A DNA stretch of 64,000 bases, from NCBI RefSeq assembly GCF_018977255.1, contig NW_024704743.1, positions 63,056,001 through 63,120,000 of the forward strand. Reading direction: 5' to 3'. Made by a program: the position numbers and the translations under genes. Below the pieces are notes generated by a model. It searched no databases, was not told where the DNA came from, and saw only the letters and a list, made by a program, of their open reading frames with translations. The stretch is from Callorhinchus milii (Eukaryota). Positions 37,999 to 49,370 of the stretch are shown here, piece by piece. Position 1 is the first letter of the stretch; every line of letters starts with the position of its first letter.

Positions 37999-39230
37999 CA
38001 ACAACAACAACAAAATTACATTTATAGAGCGCCTTTCACGTCGGGAGGACGTCCCAAAGCGTAGGACAGTCAGGGGTCAGGACCCGAGCATGGGGGAGGG
38101 GTGGGGTTGGGGTGAGGGAAGGCAGAGAGGTGGGAGGGCAACTGAAGGCACGATCGAAGAGGAGGGTCTTGAGAACAACTTTGAAGGAGGCAAGGGAGGA
38201 AGAGAGGCAAAGGGATGGTGGGATGGAGTTCCAGAGTGTAGAGGTAGAGAGGCTGAAAGCCTGGCCACCGATGGTAAGGCCGGTCGGGCGGGAGACATGG
38301 AGCAGGCTGGAGTCCGACGAATGGAGGGAGTGGGCAGGTTGGTAGGGAGTCAGCAGGTCAGAGAAGTAGGAGGGGGCAAGGCCATGGATGGCCTTGAAAG
38401 TGAGGACGAGGGTCTTGAATTCTATCCTCTGAGGGATGGGGAGCCAGTGGAATCGGGCGAGGGTGGGAGTGATGGGATCACGGAGCCTGGTGGGTGAGAG
38501 TACACGAGCTGCAGAGTTTTGGTTGATCTGCAGCTTGTGAAGGGAAGAGTTGGGAAGGCCGATGAGGAGGGAGTTTCCATAATCGAGCCTTGATGTGACA
38601 AAAGTGCACTGTGACGCTGTGGAGGGCACTATATAAATCCAAGTGGTTGTTGTTGTTGAAAGCTTGGGTGAGGGTATCGGTAGCCTGTGGGGTGAGGCAG
38701 TGGCGGAGTCTGGCAATGTTGTGGAGGTGGTGGTAGGCAGTGCCAGTCACAGCGCGAATGTGGGGGAGAAAGGACAATTCAGGGTCAAGCAAGACACCCA
38801 GGTTCCTGACTTGCTTAGTGAGGTTAAGTGTGCAGCCGTGGAGGCTGATGCTGCCAGCGCCCGAGGTGTGGAAGCCTGGCGTGAGCCAATCAGGAGTGCC
38901 TCGGTCTTGCTGATGTTGAGTTGGAGAAAGTTGTCCCTCGGCCAGGACTTGATGTCGGACAGGCAGTCAGTCAGGACGCCAGTAGTCCTGGAGTTGAGGA
39001 TGGAGGCAGAGAGATAGAGTTGGGTGTCATCCGCATACATGTGGAAATTTACCCCATGTCTGCGGATGGTGTCAGCAACGGGGAGCATGTAGAGGGTGAA
39101 GTGGAGGGGACTTGAGGAACGCCACACGAGACAGTGCAGGTGCTGGAGGAGAAGCCGTTTGCAGAGACGAAGTGGAGGCGATGTGAAAGGTAGGACCTGA
39201 ACCAGTCAAGGACAGAACCTTGAAGGGTGA
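37999..39230 (-). mobile_element. L2-clade LINE 3' portion (RT to tail)
   Basis: [43 protein letters not shown] and HWLPIPQRIEFK; (TTG)n tail. A short opposite-strand L2 tail is inserted at about 38607-38658. Confidence 0.93.
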
Positions 39231-39861
39231 GAATATGCATTCTATTTCAGATACAGACAAGTTTCCATGTGCAGATGACATACATTGTGCAACTCTCAAT
39301 CTGGTTTGGATACCCAAGTATGGTGATCGTTTCAGCATGTTTCAGACACCAATTTGAAACAAAAGCCCCTCTGAATAATGTTGAGTTTTAAATCCAAGAG
39401 TCATCCCTTGCTGCTGGCCTCTGAGCCCTTTCCAATGCTTCAATGTTCCCACCAGTGGTCTTCTCATTTTGGTTCTCCCCCCACACATACACAAAGCTTT
39501 TGCCGCCTGTGTGGATAATGAGGAGGGTAGACAAACTCACAATGTTTCCAAGAGTAACATCAGTGTCAGTTAACCACATTTGGTTGAGGGAATCATGGTT
39601 TTTATGGGGGAAATAGACAGATGGGCTTTTCCAACCTGCATAAGAGGAACATTCCACTTATTCCAGAGATAAGAGTGTGTCATGGAAAACAAACATAATT
39701 CTGATGCTGAAGGAGTTCCTGTAATAGTACCCCGGTAAACAAATCTGTGTATTAGCATAATGGATTACATTAGAGACTGCATCAAATATGTCCCATTCAG
39801 TTTCTATTCATATAAATTCTGCATTTTAGAAATTTTGATTTTTTTTAGCTAATTGGAAATG

Positions 39862-40368
39862 TTATAGAATTATAGAATCATAGAATCGTACAGCACAAAA
39901 AGAGGCCATTCGGCCCATCGAGTTTATGCTGGCTCTTTAAATAGAGCAATTAATGTCAGTCCCACTCCCCAGCCCTTTCCCTATAACCCTGCAAACCCGT
40001 CTTCCTCAAATACCCGTCCACCACGTTTTTAAAGTAGTTATCGAATCAGCCTCGATTTCCGGCAATGCGTTCCAGATTCGAACAACTCGCTGCATGAAAA
40101 CATTTCTTCTCACCTCCCCTCTGCTTCTTTTAGAGACTATTTTGAATCTGTGACCTCGAGTCACCGACACACCCAACAGTGGAAACAGTTTTTCCCTTTC
40201 TAACCTATCAAATCCCCTCATGATTTTGAAGACCTCTATTAGGTTCTCTGCTCCAATGAGAATAATCCCAGCCTCTCTAGCCTTTCCTCATAATCAAGGT
40301 CCCTCATTCCTGGTACCATCCTCGTAAATCTCCTCTGCACCCTTTCCAATGCCTTAACATCCTTCCTA
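39862..40368 (-). mobile_element. CR1-clade LINE 3' end
   Basis: TRGHRFKIVSKRSRGEVRRNVFMQRVVRIWNALP; terminal (atagaat)n repeats at 39864-39886. Confidence 0.92.
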
Positions 40369-40952
40369 GGAAGGATCCTTATCTAACATCCTTATCTATG
40401 CTTGTTTGTAATAATTCTTGCATTTGATATAGCATCTTGTCACGAACATCAAGACATATTAAAGTGCATCACAGGAATTACTGTAAAGTGTAGTGACTGT
40501 ATTTGTAAGCACCTCCTTCAATAACATGTCAAACAGAGATACTTTATAAAAGCAGACTGCCTTGAAATGTGCACTTGCATGAATGATTTGTTTGTGGTGT
40601 TGATGTTGAATTGAGGTGGGCTGGTTGGTGGTGGGAGGATGTCAATTTTTCAATATAGAATACTAGCATTCCCTCCCCCTGATTAGAATTAACTGTGAGA
40701 AACCAGAGTGAGGGTAAAATTACATCAGAAATGAATCACTCTTTCTTGAATGCTGACATGGGTTCCTGGAGCACATTCATAGCACCATATGCAGGCTGGA
40801 TAGACTGAACTGCCTCCTCCTGTACTCTTATACATCTCTGCACCTGAACAGTACTATGTCTGGGGAAACCGTGTGCGTGGGAAAAGAGCTTCAGTATAAT
40901 TTTTGGTGGCATCATTCTCCAGGATCCAGCCTACTGTAGGTGAAAGCCTTAC

Positions 40953-41113
40953 CTGTAAATTCCAGTAGGGTGCATTGGATCAGCATTCTGTGACACACTT
41001 CCCAAAGCATCAATATTTGACATGTATGAAATGATTAAGATCATCAGGAGAGTACTGTTGCAGAATCTATTTGAAGATGCACTTAAGCTTCTTGCCATGA
41101 ATTTCATACCCCC
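40953..41113 (-). other. Candidate exon X2 (161 nt, phase 0 to 2; GGMKFMARSLSASSNRFCNSTLLMILIISYMSNIDALGSVSQNADPMHPTGIY)
   Basis: Acceptor ctctg-polyT-cag, donor CAG|gtaagg; only one frame is open; hydrophobic stretch TLLMILIISY. No homology recognised. Confidence 0.4.
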
Positions 41114-41679
41114 CTGAAAAAAAACAGAGCTTCCGAGGAGCATTAATGAGATGGCTTCGCTTGTGAGGTCTATGCATATTCATACCTGTAGAATTAACCA
41201 GGATAGTGAGTTTCAAGAGTTTATTTCTGGGAACCATCAATTGGTTCAAACCTCATCTGCAGTTCATATACATTTACCAAATCTCCTGCAATTTACAATC
41301 ATCTGTGAAATAGCTTCTATTTAGTAAGGGAATTGAATGTATTTTAAACAGTGACTACTGTCAAGCCTTCTTTGTTGTGCAGTTAGTAACCATCTAGAAA
41401 CCAATCCTAATGAAAACGCCAAAACTGAAACATTGGGGGCAAAGGTGTTACTTCAAATTAGAGAATGAAAGGCTATAGCAGCAAAATAATGATTCCGCAT
41501 TTTAAAGGGAGACCCTGAATAGGAAAGCCCCATTAACGTGGCCTTTTGAAGATCCTGCTTCACTTTTTGTCTTCCACAAAGATACCAAATGTATCATTTT
41601 AATGACCAGGTAAATTCAATCATATTACAGGCTGTAAAGCTGTGTAGTCAAAGTCTATACCCAGGCTGGTCACTCAACT

Positions 41680-43157
41680 CCCCCTCCTATCCCCCCTGCT
41701 GGCTGACACAGTCAACCAGTCTCTCTCCTCAGGCTCTGTTCAAATCCCCCTGAAAACCGTTGTTATCCTTTTTCAAAAAACCCACCCTCGATCCCTCTAA
41801 TCTCTCACACTACCATCCCATTTCCAACCTAGTCTTCCTTGCTAAAGCCCTGGAACGCATTGTTGCTGGTCAACTTCGGTCACACCTCTCCCTCCACGAG
41901 CCCCTGCAGTCTGGTTTTCTCCCTGCCCACAGCACAGAGACAGCGCTTGTCAAAGTCACAAATGACATCCTTTCTATCTGTGACCCAGGGCTCCCTCTGC
42001 CTCCTTGTCCTCCTGGATCTCTCTGCCGTGTTCGACACGGTCAACCACGCCGTCCTCCTCCATCGCCTCTCCTCATCCACCTTAGTGGGACCGCACTCGC
42101 ATGGTTTGAGTTCTACTTAACAAACTGCCTCCATTTCATCTCAGCAAATGGTTTCTCCTCCCGCGCCAGTCTGGTCACCTGTGGGGTACCCCAGGGCTCC
42201 ATCCTTCGCCCTTTTCTTTCCATTATTATTTTTATTATTATAATAAAGGATTATTCTTATTCTTCTTATTATTTATATGCTCCCTCTGGGCGATGTCATC
42301 TGCAGGCACAGGGTAAACTTCCACATGGCAAAATCTACTTTGCCTCCTTCAGTACCAACTCCAGGTCCCCCAATGTTCTATCAGCATGTCTGGCGGACAT
42401 CAAACTTCCTGCAGTCGAATGTGGACAAGACTGAAGCCGTACTCCTTGGCTCCCGGAAAGGTCTTCACTCCTGCGGATCTGAACTCTTCAACCTCCCTGG
42501 GTTCTCCCTCAGACTCTCCAAACCAGTGCACAATCTAGGCATCCGGTTCAGCCCCCAGCTGTCCTTCCTCCCCCACATCCGGACCACCTTCCTCCACCTC
42601 TGCCACATTGCCCGCCTCCGACCGTACCTTCCCCCAAATGCAGCCAAAACCTTCGTGCATGCGTTAGTCACCTCCCGCCTGGATTACTGCAATGCACTCC
42701 TCGCTGGTCTCCCCAGCTCCACTACTCAAAAGATCCAGCTCATTCAGAACTCCGCGTACTGATCTGGACCAAACTCATAACCCCATCTCACCAGTTCTGG
42801 CCAGGAACCATTGGTTCCCATCACCGAAAGGATTGGCTTCAAGATCCTCACACTCGTGTTCAAATCCATTCACTCCCTGGCACCTCCCTATCTCTCCGAC
42901 CTCCTCGCTCCCCAATCCACCACCCGGCACCTCGCACTCTCCGCCCCACCATCGGAGGTCATGCTTTCAACCACTACGCCCCAAAACTGTGGAACAGTCT
43001 CCCTCAATCCCGCCTTGCCCCCCTCTCTCCCCTTTTTCAAGTCCTGCGTGAAAACCTTCCTTTTCGACCGTGCTTACCATCACCTCCCCCCTCCACCCCC
43101 TGGCTCGGAGGGCACTACCCTGCGTGGAGGGCGCTATATAAGTGCAAGTTGTTGTTG
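41680..43157 (+). mobile_element. L2-clade LINE 3' portion (frameshifted RT to tail)
   Basis: LQSGFLPAHSTETALVKVTND, LLDLSAVFDTVNH, GVPQGSIL and LVTSRLDYCNALLAGLP; ends gcgctatataagtgcaagttgttgttg. Confidence 0.93.
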
Positions 43158-43855
43158 GTTGCGTTGCTCAGTCTCAACTTATACTCAACAGTTGATAAAT
43201 TCAGGACCACATGGTACAAATTGAATATACTGAGGTTGAAAATCAAATTGGATTCTGTTACAAATCAGTGGATTGTTACATTTTCGGGCAGATTAGACTA
43301 GGAAGTAATTTAAAAAGCTGCAAATTTTTACTCCAGCAAACGACCAGAATTTCTGAATATATCAAAAAGGCATTTGATTATTCACCACAGAGTATAAAGC
43401 CTGATGTTCCAACATAGTCTAACCTGTACGACAGTACTCTATGCAATGAGTGGAAGTGGGTGTGTTTTCACTTGGTTCACAATGATTAATACTCCAGCTG
43501 GTGGCACGTGCCAAGGCAGACAGTCAGTTTCTAAATTTAATCATTTGAACTGAGTTTTAATCAGGTTTCATTTATTTCATTGCTTGTTTGGGAATGGTAG
43601 CATGTCCTGCATGCATTAAGTACAGGAATTAAGCTCCTTCAACTACTGGGTGAGAAATTTACCTTCTCCAGCAAAATGAGTGGTGAAACATTTTTTTACA
43701 GGTGTTCCATCAGGAGTTTCAAGAGGATCTTGACAAATGATGGTCACCCCCTAAATGAAAAGCTCCAAAAACCCATTGCTACTTAAGAGACATTTGGTGC
43801 CAGTTTATATATTAAAGCACAATGGATTTACATCAAGCTGAAAAACTGTAACACT

Positions 43856-44446
43856 AAACAGATTACTCTGCATTTTGTCACTGGGAGCTAAGATTCTTCC
43901 AACTCAGCTGCTGTTAACCCTGGAAACCAAAGCCCCAATGGGTAGGATGGTCCTAGCTGGACAGCCAGCGGGATGTCTTGTCAGACAGTGATATCAATAG
44001 CAAGCTATTCGGTTTTAGCTGGTTAGACCCCAGTAGCACACCCCAAAGCACACTCTGGGGTCCCCAAACCTTGGCTCTTGCCGACCTGTGCTTCATACTT
44101 TTCAGAATTAGGTAAGCAGGAAGCGTCTCTCCACGAAGAGAGTACACATTCCATTTCAACCATCTTTTCCTGGGATTTCCATTTGTAGGTGGAATGTATG
44201 GAAATCTCAGCTTGGTTTGGATACTCTTAAGCATGGGGATGGGTTTTCACATGTGTCAGACTCCGGGCTGAGCAAAAATATTACCCAGCTAAAACGCATA
44301 GCTTGCCATTGAGAGCACTGTCTGGCAAACAACCTGCTGCTTGGTCAGCTAGACCACCCTACCCGCTAGGGCTTTGACTTGCAGGGTTAACCAGATCTGA
44401 GTGTGAAGAATCTCAGCTCCCAGTGACTGAATGCAGTAACCTGTTT
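43856..44446. repeat. Long inverted repeat: arms 43856-44025 and 44282-44446 around a spacer of about 255 bp
   Basis: Reverse complement of the right arm (aaacaggttactgcattcagtcactgggagctgagattctt..ggttaaccctg..cagacagtgctctcaatggcaagctatgcgttttagctggg) aligns along the whole left arm. Confidence 0.85.
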
Positions 44447-45089
44447 TGTGGTTGCAACCGTCCAGGAAGAGAGTGTGGTTTCCATTTCAGATGGAAATTC
44501 CCATGTGTGGTTGGTATACACATGTGGAACTCAGTCTGATTTGAATATTCAAGCATGTTGATGTGTTTCCGCATGTGTTAAGACACCAGACTGACACCCA
44601 AAAATCTACATTAACAGATTGCTATAGCCTCTTGTCCCTTCTGTATTTCTGAACTATAGGCTTTTGAACTTGAACACTGGAAAATGAATTGATTTCTTAA
44701 ACAAACTCCAGTGTAAGGGAAACAGAAAGTAGGCAGCACAGGAAGAAGCCATCGTATCAGTGTTGATTCCAGCTCTCTAATTGGATATATCCACTTTAAT
44801 CCCATTCTCCAGCATGATATTATTTTTCTTCAGGTATTTATCCAACTCCTTTTAGATGATGTTACGGACTCAGCTTCAATAGAAATTTGTGGTCAAGCAT
44901 TCCACATTCTAAGAACCTGCTGGAGAAAAAAACTTAACCTCCTCTTTCTTTCTCCAATATTCCTCACAATATGCACTTTTTATTACTGAATCAAGCCCTA
45001 ACACCTCCCTACCTCTCCAAGCTGCTCACACTCCACTCCTCTACTTACCCTCTTTGCTCAGCTGACTCGGCCTTCTGAGCAACCCCTGA

Positions 45090-45633
45090 ACCAACACGGT
45101 CAACCAGTCTTTCTCCTCAGGCTCTGTTCCACTCCCCCGGAAAACCGCTGTTATCACACCCCTCCTCATTCAGAACTCTGCTGCCCACATAGTTACCCAG
45201 ACCAAACTCTGTATCCCCACCTCACTAGATCTGGCCAGGCTCCACTGGCTCCCCATCACCGACCAGATCGCCTTCAAGATCCTCACGCTCGTGTTCATAT
45301 CCATTCACTCCATGGCACCTCCCTACCTCTCTGACCTCATTTCTCAATCCACCACCCGACGTCTCTGCTCAACTGCCTCTGCTTGTCCCTTGCACCATCC
45401 TACCATTGGAGGTCATGCTTTCAACCACTACACCCCACTGGACCACTCTCCCTCAATCCCTCCTTCTTGCCCCTCTCCTCTTTTTCAAGTCCCTCCTGAA
45501 AACCTTCCTTGACGACCGTGCTTACAGTCACCTCCCACCTCTCACCCCTCGGCTCGGAGTCAGGCTCTGCCACTGTCATTTGCTCTGTGACGCTACCCTG
45601 CGTGGAGGGCGCTATATAAGTGCAAGTTGTTGT
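45090..45633 (+). mobile_element. L2 LINE, internally deleted fragment
   Basis: cactggctccccatcaccgaccagatcgccttcaagatcc (HWLPITDQIAFKI); L2 tail. Confidence 0.85.
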
Positions 45634-45924
45634 TTTCTGTTTGCCCTACCAAAAAATCTCTATATGGCTTTCAAATCTCAAACATAAAACTCAGATAGAG
45701 CTTGATGACTTTAGAGACAGGCGCTGCTAATAGCAATTATATAATGATGATTTTTTTTTCAGTAATGACACTGTTTTCCTCTTTATTCCAGAAGGGATTG
45801 AAGCACAATTCAGGGAGTGTGCTTGTTAATACTACAGCAACATGCCAAATTTACCTACTTGTTGCCAGACTTAAATGTTTACATTTTCTTTGTGAAAACA
45901 TACAATTTATAACTGAAAACTCAC

Positions 45925-45982
45925 CTTTTGCTTTGATTTAAACATTTGGCTGGATAATAGGGCCAGAGCAAATGTATAGTAT
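45925..45982 (-). other. Candidate exon X1 (58 nt, phase 2 to 0; YYTFALALLSSQMFKSKQK)
   Basis: Acceptor ttttatttcacctttcatctgcag, donor AAG|gtgagt, open frame. No homology recognised. Confidence 0.35.
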
Positions 45983-46589
45983 CTGCAGATGAAAGGTGAA
46001 ATAAAATTCTAGGAAATACATGATCAAACGATTAGCAAAAAATGTCAATGGCACCTCCAATCCATTCGTGATCAAGATAGATCTGATTAAAGATAAACAG
46101 CACAAGATTTTTTTGATATTAAACAGCACCTTTGCATGTGGAGATGAACTTGCACTGAATAAGGGCAAAGGCAATGCGTGTACTGCACTAATAGAAATTA
46201 CTGATCAGCATTTAGAGAGCAATGTGAACTGTAGGATGATGACTGATTGATTCCCACGGGGAGGTGGCAGTGGTTTATAGTAACAAAAGGGGAAGTTGCT
46301 GATTTTAACTAAAAACCATTGGAGTCTTTTGAGCTGATCAACAGTATGTAGGAAATACACATAAAGATTACTATAGTGTTATCTATATTAGTTATACCAA
46401 AGTGATCCAACCTTTTGAATGCAGAAGCAATATTTTATCCTGATTGGTTTGGTACCTGTGTGTCGCCTGCATTTGCTCAGTGGATAATGAAGTGTCTTGT
46501 TTTTGAAAACATAAGAAGCGTTATTAAAGCATTAAAAAATTTAGACCGGCAAACGTTCGTCCAAGAATACGATAAAAACAAACTGTATA

Positions 46590-46895
46590 TTGAAATCTGC
46601 ATTCATTTTTTATTGCAAAACACTTGTGATTGTTTTACAAAAAACGATGATGAAAAATAAAGATACGAAAGAGACTTGTAGTGAAGACGATCTTAAACCT
46701 GCTCCTCTCCTCTTGGTAGTTGGAGAACGAACGGCTGAGCCCCTGGAACCATTCCCATTGGGGATTTTCATTTGATTCTTTATGAGTAAAAAGCGATGTT
46801 TCAAAATGCATCAGAAACTAGTTCACATAAAGACTGGCATTTGGTCCAAGATGAATAGGTTAAGTTGGCAGGAGGGAAAGTCACTGATGTCTTGT
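46590..46895 (-). other. SEC61B: SEC61B 3' UTR with polyadenylation signal
   Basis: Minus-strand AATAAA at 46609-46614 followed by a GT/T-rich element (gtttgtttttatcgtattc). Cleavage site approximate. Confidence 0.7.
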
Positions 46896-47039
<144 letters not shown>

Positions 47040-48226
47040 TTATAGTCTTCATTCTACAACGTCAATATACTGATACAAGGCACAAAAGAGACACCTAGTG
47101 GTACAGCATGAGAAGCCACTGGCTGCAGAAGCTTATTCACCAATGCTGGAAAGCAAAAACTCGTACAAACTTGGTCTCATTTCTTTTTATCTCAGCCAGA
47201 AACTCAGCCAGGGCATCGTTTCTCAAATTATTCACTTCAGATATATTGAACTAAGGTCCTGTCTTCTTATGCAGTTAAAATCCTATAATGCTATTCAAGG
47301 AGAAGGGAGTTTCTCCCAATATCCTGGCCAACCACCTTTAGGGCAGAGATTCTGATATCTGGGTCAACGGGTGTCTCTGTTACTTCCTTTGCACATCAAT
47401 GGAACTACATGTAAATTCTCAGCCACATTAAAATTATTCCAAACAAGGACTAATGTGAGTCCTGAAAGCTGCTAATTATTCAGATATTCTTTTCTAGTAA
47501 AGAGTTAACATCTCAAAAATCATAAAATCACAGTGGCTGAATATCAGCATCATTGTTCAGTGATAGGAAAACATTCTCCCTGAACTCCGGAGTCCCACTA
47601 CAGTTATTAGATGAAGAATGGAGTTTGACATGAAGTTCCTGTTTCATTTCCCAGGAGTGCCATAAGCACACAGAATTGAAAGCTACAGATCAATGTGTGC
47701 ATATATTCTGAAATACAGTCAAAGCTGATCAACTCATCTGCTGCTGACATACCCACTCCACAGACTGACCTTCAAGGAGGGCTGATGATAAGACCCTAGA
47801 ATCCCTTTCTACTATCCTGCACACAACCAAACCATCCAACTGTTAGCAGGAGAATCCTGTCAACCAAGGCTTCTGGATTAACTCAAAGGTGGTTTCAAGA
47901 AGGGGAAACGTGTGTGGTATTTGCAGCAGACACATGCTGGAACTTGTGTAATGTTTTCAAAATGAGAAGGAAGTGTCCTGGCCAACAATCCCCGAAATAA
48001 AATCGGTCGGTCATTTACTCCATGGCTGTTTGTGGGGCACTGCTGTGTGCTAATTGACTGCTATAAGCGCTCCAGGACACTATCCCGCGTGAAGGGCGCT
48101 ATATAAATGCAAGTTGTTGTTGCCATTACAAAATGTTCAGTCTCTACGCTTTATAGTATACCCCATGAAGGGTAAACCTTAAAACCTTAAGACAAGAGTG
48201 GATACACACTGGAACTAGCTCTCTCT

Positions 48227-48561
48227 AATAATAATAATCCTTGCATTTGATATAGCGCTTATCACATCTTCGAAGCATCTCAAAGCGCTTCACAGAATAT
48301 ACTGTATAGTAAATTGACTATATATTTTGTGGGCGAAATGCAGTAGCCAATTGCGACCAGCAGTGCCCCACAAACACTCATGAAGGAATTATTACCCTGG
48401 AAAAGCGATCCGCCAATCAACTAACAACCGGGTTCCTACTTGCTGCTAGGTAAACAAAAACTTGCCCAATATTTCGCTCTGCCGGGAATCAAACTGAGGT
48501 CTCTCGCTTGCGAGGCAAGTGCTCATTGAGCACTTGAGCACTTGAGCACTACTGAGCTACA
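48227..48561 (-). mobile_element. SINE, long subfamily, SEC61B intron 3
   Basis: Family consensus; head disrupted by a short duplication. Confidence 0.85.
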
Positions 48562-48993
48562 TTCTGTCGATTGTGCCCATGTTATTTTGTTTAATGATTC
48601 AATCAGGCTTGCTTCATTTATCACTTCTCTATCCTATGAGTCAACAAGACTAAGTGTGTAGGTGGTAGATGCTCTAGATGTTACTTGGACTTTGTTATCT
48701 AGGAACCATATGGCCACCTCATTGATGCTCAGGTTCTTGCAATGCTCTCTGCCTTATACAAGAGCCACCAGCTCAGTGGAAGGCTTTGAATGAGTCTGAA
48801 AGCTATCCATAATTGTTCTATAGATGTACAATATTGCTATCCTGCTTGCACTAGTAAGGTAGGCTGTGTACTGCCATGATACATAACATAACAAAACCGA
48901 CTAATGCAAGCAGGTTACATAATGTATATGCTGTGAGGAAGCCTGTTATGGGTACACAGGATCGTGATAGTCGGATTTCACTGCCCATGTGTA

Positions 48994-49370
48994 CAACAAC
49001 AACAACTTGGATTTATATAGCACTCTCCACGCCAGATGGCGTCTCAGAGCGCTTCACAGTAACGGGTCCTGCGGCCGAGCCAGGGGGATGAGGAGGAAGG
49101 TGATCAAAGGCGCGGTCGAAAAGAAAAGTCTTCAGCAGGGACCTGAAAATAGGAAGAGAGATGAAGGGAGTGAGGAAGGGAATTCCAGAGCCTCGGAGCA
49201 TAGTGGCTGAAGGCACGGCCGCTGAGGGTGGAGCGGAGGACTCGGAGGAGGCCAGACCCGGAGGAACGAAGGCAAAGGGTACTGTTTTGAGGTGAGAGGT
49301 CAGAGAGGTAGGGAGGTGCAGAGGAGTGGAGGGACTTGAATACAAGGGTAAGGATCTTGAAGTTGGATGT
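48994..49370 (-). mobile_element. L2 LINE 3' fragment in SEC61B intron 3
   Basis: FRSLLKTFLFDRAF; (TTG)n tail. Confidence 0.85.

Noticed and set aside
38036..38716. Longest ORFs in the track (226 aa here, 224 aa at 41760, 206 aa at 16759, 211 aa antisense at 37862)
   Set aside because: Frameshifted pieces or antisense frames of L2 ORF2. No intact autonomous element is present.
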